A stretch of DNA of 62,920 bases, filler included, from Licmophora abbreviata (Eukaryota): NCBI GenBank assembly GCA_900291995.1. It is 13 parts of 13 records of this genome, joined end to end, with 100 filler letters (N's around TTAATTAATTAA, not from the genome) between each part and the next. Parts side by side here need not be neighbours in the genome. Positions count along the whole stretch, not along the records: positions 22,289 to 23,890 come from OLMU01002645.1; positions 23,991 to 26,594 come from OLMU01002646.1; positions 26,695 to 35,111 come from OLMU01002648.1; 10 more parts are not named here. One strand, written 5' to 3'. A program made the position numbers and the translations under genes. The notes beneath the pieces were generated by a model, which was given only the letters and a program-made list of their open reading frames with translations, ran no database searches and was not told the origin of the DNA. Positions 22,289-33,608 of this stretch are shown in pieces. Position 1 is the stretch's first letter. Every line of letters starts with the position of its first letter.

Positions 22289-24593
22289 ATGCGCTTGTTG
22301 AGCTGTTCCGTGATATCGTGTACACCAGCGTCTTCGGAGAAATCGGTGAACACTAGTGTCCCTCCCGGATCAGTATCCACCCGAACAAGTTGTCCTGAAT
22401 CAAGCCCACTTACAAGCGACTTGCCCATCTTTGCAACTACAGCATCAGAGTCACTACTGAGAAAGCCACCGATGTGGTACGCTGCGAGTGGGTCTGTTGT
22501 GAGCAGCAGCTCGTCTGCCCACCGTGCCGAGGCTATACGGGCGGAAGGAGATTCACTACACGCAGCCGCCATGAGCGCTGGCAATAAGAACGAAGTGTCG
22601 ATGTCGGAGATACATTCTGCAGACATCATCGACTTGAATGTAGAAAGAAGCGCATTGAGACACTGCGAGACCCAAGCCTGCATGATCAGGTCTTCGTAAA
22701 CTGCACATCGGAACAACATGATTGGAATGTCAAATATACCGCCACCACCGATTGGTAATCCGTACCTCGGAGCAAGTCTAGCAACCAAGTCGTAAGCACA
22801 TTCTCTTGTTTCAATAGCGTCATCATCCCGTAAACGCTTCTGTCGGAGAGAGCGTCTATGCTTCGTCATGAGCTGATTGAATGCGGCGTCCCGTCTTCGA
22901 GGTACGATGCCCATGTCAAGCTGATTGTTCGCATCTTGTGCTTCTGGTATAGGTCGACCAGGTGGCATCCGAAGCCCAGCCGTATTTTCTGTCTCTTGAG
23001 GGTCTGAAACTACCGAAAGCGACGCCACAGCAGCCGCCAGCGACTTCTGAAAGAAGTCGTGTAAAAAAGCCTCTACGGGTTCCATACGTAATGACTCTAA
23101 CTGCTTGCATACTTTGTGAATCAAGCGAATACCCCAAAACTGCTTTGCCTGGAACTCTGTCTGCACTCGTGTTGCAGCGATCAGCGCAAGAAACAGCCGA
23201 AGTTCGTTTTTGTCCATGTCGGGGGATAAATGAACGCGATCCACTGTGAAGTGAAGAACACGAGATGCAACCGAGGTTGGAAGCGGCAGACGAGTCATTG
23301 CGGACCCATCCCGAGGACGAGATCCCAAAAGATCGAGCCAATGGTTATTTGAAAGGCTATGCTTCTGCAGTATAGGGCGCGAGGCATTGTCACCAAGCAC
23401 GAGTATGAAGAGAGAACAATTCATTCGTATAGAGTACAAGTCTCGCGCAGCAGGGGAACGCAGATATTCGGTTGATAGCTTTCCGACTTTTGAATTGCTC
23501 CCAGCAAATAGAATAGCAAACATGAATGCTCGCATCATATTTGTCTTGCTTGCTGAAAGGAGCGAGGATCCTGCTGGTGCCACAATGTAACGAAAGCAGG
23601 ATGACTTCAACCGGCTCAAGTAGTCCTCGGTGACATGGTCCCACGACACCTTCCCCTGAAGCCTATGGCACATTCGGGCGATTCCTTCTGAAGAGATACC
23701 GTGATTTGGTTCCAAATTCTCGTGCAAGAGGCGAGGCGAAAAAAGAAATAGATCGAGAAACATGTCGAAGACTCCGGAGCCGTCCTCGTCGGCTGCACGC
23801 TGGGCAAGCGTCGAAGCAAGTGCAGGTTCCGCGTCGAAGCCAGACGCATCCTCGGCGGACGGAAGATAGTGTCTGTCCTCTTCAAAATGANNNNNNNNNN
23901 NNNNNNNNNNNNNNNNNNNNNNNNNNNNNNNNNNTTAATTAATTAANNNNNNNNNNNNNNNNNNNNNNNNNNNNNNNNNNNNNNNNNNNNAAAGGACAGT
24001 GATCGTGTCGAAGCAGAGCCAGGAGGCGGTCCGGAGGTCAGTCCGTCTGCTGCTCGAGTCTTCGCCAACATCTTTTTCGCACAAACTACGGTAAAGTCGG
24101 TCAACAGTTCTCAATAAGGCCCCAATCACAGAAAATGCCCGTTCTTCCTCCATTCGGCTCAGATCGGCTTTTGTACATCGCGGTATTCCAACCTGCAGGA
24201 ACGACAGAGCCAGTGTCCGCACGATATCAGTAGTCGCGTCAAGCGAGGTCAGAACCTCCGGTAGCCATCGCACCGAGGCAATATCCCTGTTGCCCCGAAG
24301 ACGTTCCAACGCATGGGCCAAAGTCCCCAACAGGTGTATGTTGATTTGATTCCGAATGGATGCGTCCTCCTCACGGCTCCATCGTCACTCGCAAGCGTCG
24401 CCAAGGCTATCGAATTTCTATCGAGTCTTTCCAGAAGTCGTGGTAGAAGGCCGGCAATTATTTTGGGGAGGGACGTATCGTTCGATTGCGCTAATCGATT
24501 TCGAACGCGAATGACAGATGCGAGATCTGCCTCGAGATAGGAGGAGGACCCCGGGCTTGCTGGTGTTGCCGATGCTGCCTGGATCGACGCCAT
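22289..24593 (-). CDS. ECM29 (proteasome adaptor) N-terminal HEAT-like region; spans the gap at 23891-23990, has a frameshift near 24372, and is open into the next gap
   Basis: EADLASVIRVRNRLAQSNDTSLPKIIAGLLPRLLERL resembles the first ECM29 helices. RECAYDLVARLA, ARIASARWADELL and FLSSDSDAVV resemble the end of the ECM29 N-domain. Confidence 0.7.
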
Positions 24594-24992
24594 GATGGAG
24601 GTCTACCTATTGTATGCAGGTGACTCAGTATGGATCGCGCCGAGAGCGTATACTCTTTACTCAAGTATAGCAGATTCAACCACCGTTTGATTCACCAAAT
24701 TACGTTACTTTGTAGAGTAGCGCATAGCAGCAAGCGGAACGTGCCGCAGAAGCTGCGTCGCAGTCCGAACATGGTCGATTGACCGCGAATGTGATGGAAA
24801 AAATTGCGATGTTGTCTGCGATGATGATGAGACGACTTTTGTAGGCGAACTCTGATTGGGCAACACAGAGCTCGTACCGGATGGTCCAACTCCGTTAGAG
24901 AATTCTACGCGGCGACGATTCGATCTCGAATCTGTTCTATGCAAGTCTATTTGCTGTCTACCATTAGTGATAGCGATTGCTCAGCTTTTCTG

Positions 24993-26430
24993 TCAATCTG
25001 TTGTCTCTATAGGGACTGGTGGTTTCGTCCATTGGACACGTCGGCCGCGGAGTCCATTGACGAAACTTTTTGCATCCATCGCTTTCCGAGTCACTGGCTG
25101 TAGCTCTAGTATCTCCAAGACGGACCCGTCTCCACAAATAAGACGCAAGCCATCTTTCTTTTGCGGTCCTATCTCTATAGAGGAGCTAGGTGCAGCATTT
25201 TCTGCGAGTACTCGAGTTTTGATGATCTTGACCTTTGTCGGCTCGTCGTCACCCTCGAGGAGCATGTAGACAAAGGTCCCCGGCCACATGGAAAAGCCAC
25301 GAACTCGATTGTGACATGTGCGAGCCGACTCTTCCCATACCTTGAGCTCGGCTTCTGACCCTCCAATCATGTCAGCATCGGTCACACTGCTTTCATCTTG
25401 CGTGGTAGCAGTCTCCATTGTAATTTCCCCGCGAAGCAATTTCGGCATGGCATCCAACAAAAGGTCGGTGCCAATCTCAAACAAGAACGGAAGTACCGTA
25501 GTTGCTTGATCATCTTGGTCAATTTCACGCTCTGACTGCGCAATGATAGGACCAGCATCCATCTTGGATACGGTGAAGAGAACCGACACGCCGACTGGAT
25601 TGTCGCCCGCTTCCAACGACCGCTGCACCGGACTGGCTCCTCTCCAACGAGGCAGCAGACTTGGGTGAATGTTGACCGTTCCTGTGTAATCGACACAAAG
25701 AAGTACGCCAGACAAGGTTAGCATTGACTCGATTTTGGGCATGACCGGTCAAACAGTGCTGTTGGCCTTTCTTACCGTAGGTGGGCGTTGCCAGGAATCG
25801 CTTCGGAAGGTATTGGCCGTAGGCTGCCGTGATGCACAGGTCCGGGCGTACGTTTTGCTCCAGGTCATTCAAAAACTCGGGATCTTTTGCCTATGATACA
25901 CCAGCGTGAGTCATGAGGTATGAATGGAAAGCAAGATAGACGGAACCAGAACTGTAGTGGAATACACGTACCTTTTCGGGACAAAGCACTGGGATTTCGA
26001 GTTCCTCCGCGACTAGACCCACAGGACTGGCAGTCTCCTTTCCTCTCCGTTTCCTTCTCTTGGGAGGCTGTGTCACAACCCCAACAACCTCGTAGAGACT
26101 ATTCTCCTTCTGAGAGTCATCGTGAATGGCACGGAGCGACGTTGCTGCCACATCCGGGGTGCCGAGAAATACCACTCGTGCTTTGGTGGTTCCAGAAGGA
26201 TCGGTGCCGTTGGAAGAAAACAAACGCCATTGAGAGATTCGTCGCTGAGCCTGTCTGGACAATCCTGGCTGGAACGATCCTAGACGTGCCTTGCGACGGA
26301 TGCCCAAAGTAAGAGGTGAGAGAGCCGCGACCATGACGTTGCGAGCCACCACGATATTCATATGGCCTGTCATCACGCAAAACACCATGACTCCAAACCC
26401 GCTCCAAACACGGGCCTCTCGTATCGGCAT
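24993..26430 (-). CDS. fmt: Organellar methionyl-tRNA formyltransferase; introns 25971-25891 and 25775-25682; start uncertain
   Basis: RVVFLGTPDVA, VVTQPPK, ITAAYGQYLP, NIHPSLLPRWRGASP, MDAGPI and RGFSMWPG. Confidence 0.93.
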
Positions 26431-26695
26431 TCTATTTCTATCGTGGAAATTAAAGGGCAGCAATGATGATGGTAAGGACTAGAGCGCAACGATTCGTTCG
26501 ATAACGGTAGTTCATGTCGATTGATGATGATGATGATGTGCGGCCATGATGCGATGAGTGCGAGCATCGTGATGACGAAAAAAGCGCGCCAAACNNNNNN
26601 NNNNNNNNNNNNNNNNNNNNNNNNNNNNNNNNNNNNNNTTAATTAATTAANNNNNNNNNNNNNNNNNNNNNNNNNNNNNNNNNNNNNNNNNNNNG

Positions 26696-28941
26696 TTACT
26701 CCTCTGGGATTGACCCGATCTTTCCTCCCTCTCCGAGCGGAGCAAGGTTCTCCGCCATTCGCACATCGGTCGCGAACCTTGTAGTTCCGAGTGTCTCAAT
26801 TCCCGTCTCTGGACTCGCAAACATGAGTCTCAAGAACTAGTACAACAGTACAGCGACCAAGGGTCAGCAATCATGCGTCAAGCGAGAAAGCGCTCCCAAA
26901 TAATCTCGACACGAACACTTACTTCGTCGTAGTCAACCTGCCCGTTCTTCTTGTAGTCTGCTTCTTCCACCATACGATTCACCTTCTCTGCATTGTAGTC
27001 AGTTCCCAGGAGTTCCTTCAAATCGTCCTTGGAGATGTAGCCCTTTCCGTCTGAATCAAGGCGATCAAATGCTTCCGCCAAGTGCTCCATAGTGATCAAG
27101 CCTTGGCTCTCCACCACGGCAGCAAGGAACTCATTGTAGTGGATCCTAGTCGCAAGGAAAAGTCATATCACAGTCAGTGTTTGAGGTTTGCATAGAATCG
27201 CAACACGCACATTCTGACACTTACTGTCCACTGTTGTCTACATCAATGCCCTTGAAAAGCTTTTCAATCGTTTCTTCGTCCATCTGATTCCCTGAGCTCA
27301 TTTCACTAAGACCCTTCTTAAGTTCTGCCAGGCTCACAGTCCCATTTCCTTGGTCGTCGAGAACCACAAACAACTCACTGAGCTCCTGAAGACTATAGAG
27401 TATGGCAAGCGTGCGCTATTGGGTCAACAATCCGTACAATGAGGCAGGCCCGAGTACTCAAAATGCAACATGCACGTACCTGCTCTTGTCCATTGTATAC
27501 GCCATGGTCATTAGAATTGTCTTTTTGAATTCTCCGTACAAAGCGTATTTGCCCATGCCTTCAATGACAGTTTGGTCCAAGTTCGTCCGCTTACGGATGG
27601 ATCTGACAGACTGACTGAGACCCTTTTTCGCTTGCTGCTTTTCGAGATACGGAAGCCATGTGTTGCTGACATAGCTCAGAGCGCGCTTCGCAATCCATCT
27701 CGAGCCAGGATTCTTTCGAATGCAACCCTGAATGAACTCCTTTCCAGTGTCAGATATCCCCCTGTCGTCAAATTCCTCGCCAAACTCCAAGCGCGCATTC
27801 TCCAGCTTGGCTTTCTTTGCAGGATCTGCCAACTCGTCCACGCCTTTCATAAAAGGATACGTTCCTGAAAGGAGAACATATGCACATACTCCGACCCCCC
27901 AAATGTCCGTCTGCTCCGTATATCCCTGCCCCGGAAGAAGGACTTCGGGCGCGGCTGTGTAGACAGTACCGCACGCCTTGAGCATCTTTTCTCCTTTTGT
28001 AAACTATGGATGCAAACGGTGTGAGCGCTCGAACGATTCATGCTACATGCCATCGCACCACGTTACAAGCTTGACGGTGTCTTACCTTGTTTGAGAGACC
28101 AAAGTCGATTAGTTTGATAGGAGCGTCCTCTTCCGCGTTGGAATAGAGGATGTTTTCGAGCTTGAGATCTAAGACGAGCAGGGTCGCAGAAAGAGAGCGT
28201 TGTGAGTACTCGCAAGTCCTCGATGCCGACCATCACAAAAGAACCAAACAAGAACAAACCTCTGTGAACTACACTGCGCGAATGCATGTAAAAGACAGCG
28301 CGCATGATCTGCTCGACAATGGTGGCGACTTGCGATTCCTCCAGCTTGCCCATGTGAGGCGTCAAATCGCCACCTGTACAGAGCTCAGTGATGATCCACA
28401 TTTTACGTTTCATCTGGTAAACCTCAAAGAGCTGTACAATATTCGGGTGGTCTAGCTCTCGAAGAATGAAGATTTCGTTAAGATACTCGTGGAGCTCCAT
28501 GTCCGAGAAGCGGATCGTGTTGATCGTCTTGCAGGCAAATTTCCGAGGTTTTAACTCAGTACCGCTTCGAGTACTGTCGTCAGATGGAAGGTCCACACCC
28601 TCCAAGACAGGGCCATTCCTCAAATCTTCTGAACTTCCAGTGTTGGCGCGGTGTCGCTCCGAAAGTTTCGTCAGTGTATCCTGCTTGCGAGATACGATCG
28701 TTACTTCTCCCATGGATCCTTGTCCGATAATTTCAACAACATCGTAGTTCTTCTCCAAGGGCACATTGGAACGGACAAAGACAAAGTTCTTACGGGTTCC
28801 TCCTTTTCCCTTGTGCAACGATTCGTTGAGAGTTCCACCTCGTTCCGAATAGCGCTGCTTTCCATCCAATTTCTTCTTTGTCGGTGAAGTTGCTGGCTTG
28901 CGACCGGCAGGAGTGGCGGCTTTGGAGCCTGAACAGCCCAT
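26696..28941 (-). CDS. Calcium-dependent protein kinase (kinase plus 4 EF-hands) with N-acylation motif MGC; exons 28941-28260, 28168-28086, 28003-27480, 27392-27225, 27145-26923, 26836-26696
   Basis: IGQGSMG, VHRDLKLEN, DFG, APE. EF-hand loops DDQGNGTVSLAE, DVDNSGQIHYNE, DSDGKGYISKDD and DYKKNGQVDYDE. Confidence 0.92.
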
Positions 28942-29404
28942 CGTGTCCTTTCAAAAGATCGAAGCAACAGCCGAGCACGAATTCACGAAAGGGAAACAGA
29001 AAAAGATCTTCAAGAGTTGCAAGAAAAGCAGGATTGGCGCAATCGGCAGAACCTTGGGCGATACATCTGTCTCGCTCTCTTCTGGTGATGTTGTGATGAT
29101 GGCAAGGTTCGTGCGAGGTTGAGAACTTTTTCTTCGTCTACGTAGGATCATGTGTAGAAAACCTACTGCGAATCTTTCTTGAATCCTCCGTGTGGCGTCA
29201 ATTTGTCAATTAGCTTTAGAAGATCGCGAACTCGTGTTTGTATAGAGCTCGCAGTCGTGTCGACTCACTCGACCACATACGTACGACGTATTCTCCGTCT
29301 GATATCATCGACTCAAGGAGTTGTAAAGCAACGTAGCGTAATGGCTCGTCTCTAGCTAACGAGTTAGAATAGCTAGTCCAATCAATACGAAGGACACCTT
29401 CAGC

Positions 29405-30694
29405 TCACTGAAGTTCATCCGTCTTGAAGAACCTATCAAAGTCGGATGGCTTGAGCGCCGTCGCAAAGCAAGCCGCGACGATCAATGCTCCGCCGACGTA
29501 GTCGTTCAAGCCAAAGGTCTCGGCCAAGAGCAAGGCCGAAAAGAGTGCCGCAAACAGAGGTTCTGTGGCAAGAATTACAGAAGCTTCCGCGGAACTCACT
29601 TTCCCGAGAGCTGCCGTCTCCACGACCCGGTTCATGGCAGTGGTGACGAGGCCGGTCCAGGCAACTGCAGCGGCTGCTTGCGCAAGACTCGGCTCGAAGA
29701 ACAAATTTGGCAGTGCGTACTGCAATGATGATCCCTCCCACATCCACCCATCTAGCAAGCACCAGATCATACACAGAAGAGCTGACATGGACACTTGTAC
29801 TGCAGTAATAGGGAGAGCCTGATCAGGGCGATCTCGCATCATTCGTTCGGTGAGAAAGAAACTTGTTCCAAACCCAACTGCTTGTAAGAAAGCAAGAAAG
29901 TCTCCCCAGCCAACTGCTTCCAATCGGAATGAGCCTGACACAGGCTCGTATAGTTCGAGTATCCCAACCCCTGCCAAGCACAGTGAAGCGGCAAGCCAGG
30001 TTTGTGGAGCGTCCCTGAGACCTAGTTTCCTTTTGTCGACGACAAACTCAAGGACGGGACAAACCAAGACAACAGCTGCACCGATGAATGATACCGTAGC
30101 CGGTGACGTGTCAACCAGCGCCAGTGATTGTGTTATGTATCCCAGTGCAGTAAAGCAGCCACAGAGAGCGGCGCTTGCTGAGAGAGCAGGGTTGAGTTGG
30201 AAGAGAAACGGCGATAGTGCCACCGCTGCCATGACCATGCGGGCCGCTGTTGCCGCTGACGGGGGCATGGCGTCATTCATGATGGCCCCAAGTGCAAAGT
30301 TCGTACCATATAGGACCGATGCACCTGCCAGAAGTGCTCTTGGACCGATATAGGACTGGAGAGCAATATCGACTATAGACTGCGGCTCTTCCACCTCATT
30401 GCTGTCGTCTGCCAGAACACAGATACCGCGGGCGCATACGAGTCCATCTGGCATTGCATCATAGTACACTAGGGAAGCAGGAGCGTCCACGTTTGGATCT
30501 TGCGTCGTGGAAATCGATTTCACCTCATCTAGCTCGATCACAGGAGGGCCTTGGTACAAAGGAAATGAGTTATGCCTCTTGGAAGACAGTGCGTCAAAAA
30601 GCCTTATCGAATGCACGCTCTTTCCCAGCGAGAGCGAAGAACAGAAAGGCACTGATCCAATCACGAGCCATTTCGACAATGTCCGAAGCACCAT
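29405..30694 (-). CDS. EamA/DMT-family transporter with an N-terminal targeting presequence
   Basis: LYGTNF, GYITQSLAL, WGDFLAFLQA, SAEASVILATEPLFAA; about 10 TM helices. Confidence 0.88.
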   Translation of the reverse strand: MVLRTLSKWLVIGSVPFCSSLSLGKSVHSIRLFDALSSKRHNSFPLYQGPPVIELDEVKSISTTQDPNVDAPASLVYYDAMPDGLVCARGICVLADDSNEVEEPQSIVDIALQSYIGPRALLAGASVLYGTNFALGAIMNDAMPPSAATAARMVMAAVALSPFLFQLNPALSASAALCGCFTALGYITQSLALVDTSPATVSFIGAAVVLVCPVLEFVVDKRKLGLRDAPQTWLAASLCLAGVGILELYEPVSGSFRLEAVGWGDFLAFLQAVGFGTSFFLTERMMRDRPDQALPITAVQVSMSALLCMIWCLLDGWMWEGSSLQYALPNLFFEPSLAQAAAAVAWTGLVTTAMNRVVETAALGKVSSAEASVILATEPLFAALFSALLLAETFGLNDYVGGALIVAACFATALKPSDFDRFFKTDELQ

Positions 30695-31304
30695 TGAATA
30701 ACCGGATTTTTGGCACACAGATCTGCGGATTTTGAAGGTGAGCAAAGCGACATGACGAGCAGTGAGTGAGAAATGAGAAAGCAAGCAAGGCACGTGCGGC
30801 GGCGTCGACAGCCCCAGCCTGCTTCTTCTCACATGAGGTATGGGTTGTTCACTCTATCAACTAGCGCAATACCTGTGAGAACGTAATAGCAGCGATCCTT
30901 TGGCCTCATTCACAGCAACAGACAACTTGATATCGCTGCCGGCACGTGGACTTCGGATGTGAGTGCGTGGTGTTTTCACTGCAATGTGGCTCGCGAAAAA
31001 GAAGCAAAGAAGCTTCAAAGAACGGTGTCTCAAATTTAGCGAGCTCGCCCGGCGTGCACACACCACGGATAGGAGAGCTCGTTTCATCCGGACATCGGCT
31101 TCGGCGAAGAGGTTTCCAAAGCTTTAGCTAAGTGGACTACTTGTATCCAACAGCAATCTAATTTGTATCAGGTAGCGGAACAACAACATTTACAGTTCAC
31201 TGTATATCTATCTAACTTTGCACCTCTTGCAGTTGCACTTTCGACCTTGCCATCTGAAGCAGAACTGGTCGCAAGCCTGACTTCGTTGGCGATACCCTCG
31301 CTTG

Positions 31305-33279
31305 CTACGACTCTCCCGCCCATCCGGGCACGACAATGTTGAGAACTCCGACAGCGGTAGAGTACAGAGTCGAAGCAAAGATGACACCAAGAAAAACAGC
31401 TCCTCCCAAACGACTCCTTGAAAGTTGCTTCTTCTTGAGCATTTCCAAATCATGGCGGTCATTTGGTAGCAGGCCAACGAAGAGCACTGCGCTCATCTGG
31501 ATCAAAGTCGTAAGGACTGTGAGCTTGAGGAGACCCGACAAGCGACCTTCCTCGAGCGCCTTCAGGCTTACATCCCAGATTGGTAGCAGCATGGTGCTCA
31601 ATGCCGGAGCCAATAGTAATGCGCAGTTCCACATGGTGGTGAAGAGTGCGTACGACGCACCCTCGCTTCCACTGGGGCATAGATGAACCATCATGATTGT
31701 ACAGGGCTGTAAGGTGTAACAGAGATACATGGTTAGCTCAGGGAAAAACTTTGCAACGTACATCAAACTAACTATACGCACCAAAAACTGGATCCCGCCA
31801 ATCAAGTCGGCAAAGACGTCGTCGCCCAAGGCGAACCAGAATGGGCTTATACCAAACGTGATCCCAAGAATGAGAAGCACTTGCAAGCTGGAGAACAACC
31901 CATTGAGCAAAATTCCGACTTGATATATAAGACGCCAGCTAAACCGGATGAAGTAGAACTTATATGCAAGCGTGCCGAGGTAGAGTAAGACGTATGCAGC
32001 AATGAGCAGCGCGTTCAGTTGGTTAGCTGTGAATCCCAGTACGGTTTTGAGGAACTGTCTCCAAGCAGAGTTCGACAGCTGCAGTATGTTGTACATGAAA
32101 ACCTGCAAGAAAAGGCTCGTTACGAGAATAACTAGTGAGAAGCGCAGTTATCTTGTAATGTAGGAGGCACACCTTCCTACTTCCGTCGTCGCAATACACT
32201 CACAAATCCCATCGGCTGCCATACAGCGCGAGAACACACGGAAGACCAGATCTCTTCACACTGCTGTCGAGCTGACAATACTCTCACGGCTGCCATTTCT
32301 CGCAGCATATAAATGGTCGGAAACATAATAAGAATGGGAATCGCACCCATCGTCATGACAATTATTCTTGGGCCTTTGTTGCTGTACAGAACCGTCGAGC
32401 ATGGCGCGGCTACCATCATCCCAAAGAACCGGCAAGCATAGCAGGTCGACTGAAGCTGACCGCGTGACTCCTCCGGTTCTAACTTCGCCCGTTCCGCCTA
32501 CGAGGAGGGAACAAAATGAAGAAAAATATGTGTGAGAAAAGTTGACAGGCGTTTACTCGACATAGTCTACTCTCGAAGCGAGGAAGTACCACGATGGAAT
32601 CGCCCATGACATCGGCCATCCAGAAGCCGGTTCCGAATACCAAGAACAATAGACTCAACAGCTCGATAGACGGCGCCTCCTTTGGGACAACGACCGTTGT
32701 ACTTCCATTCACTCCATGATATCTCGTTAGAGTCAAATCCGACCAACATAGCAACGCCATCATGCTGAGAGACGAGACTGTCCATCCCAGCCACATGTAT
32801 CCCTTGCGCCGTGTGTTGAACAGCGGAACCTGATCGCTTAGGAACCCAAAGAATATCTTAAAGGTACATGGCAACATGGCTATGGATGCAATGGTTGTCT
32901 GTTGAGCCTCCGTCGCTCCCAAGTCGAGCGGATAAACATTCAACAGCGTACGTGACAGTCCCTGCGACAAGCCGACACAGAGGTAGCAAGCCGGAATTGC
33001 AATATTCTCTAAACGAGCCAGCTGGACAGCTCTCGGTTCATTAGTGGAAAAGAACCAGTCGTGAAACGATCGCTCGCGAGGAGCGTCCTGCTCTTTGAAG
33101 GCTGCCAGGCTGTCGTGGTCTTGCAAGTGATCCTGCGACGCCGATGAGGCCGGGGAGGAGCCGTACAATGAAGAATTTGTTGTCTCTTCCTCGACTGTCG
33201 ACACCAAGGGTTCCAATTCCAGAGCCCCACCGACTGGTCGTTCTTCTGCCACAGATATAGACACGTGCTCTATTGTCAT
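31305..33279 (-). CDS. Folate-biopterin transporter (BT1/FBT, MFS); exons 33279-32590, 32497-32204, 32102-31782, 31706-31305
   Basis: LPCTFKIFFGFLSDQVPLFNTRRKGYM, MADVMGDSIVAERAKLEPEESRGQLQSTCY and LCPSGSEGASYALFTT. Confidence 0.9.
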
Positions 33280-33608
33280 GGTGCTGAACGGATCCCCAGA
33301 ATTCTGCCGCCATAGGAACGTAAAGATCGGCCTTGCGTTGATGTGATGCTTGATGATAAAGCGAACTTTGATGTCTGATGGCGAGGTTGCGATGGCAGCA
33401 TGTCGCAGGACACGTCATCATCACTGGGACCATACTCAATACGAGTACACATCATCAAGGTCTAGCGAAAGTGAAACGTGGTTCATAGACTCACCCTACA
33501 ACAGTTCTCACAAAACAAGTCTTAATAACATGCATGGCCTAATAGAGTGATCGTTAACAGAGCAGAACAAAATGTCGGTCTGTACAAATTGAAAATGGAC
33601 GGTCCCCA

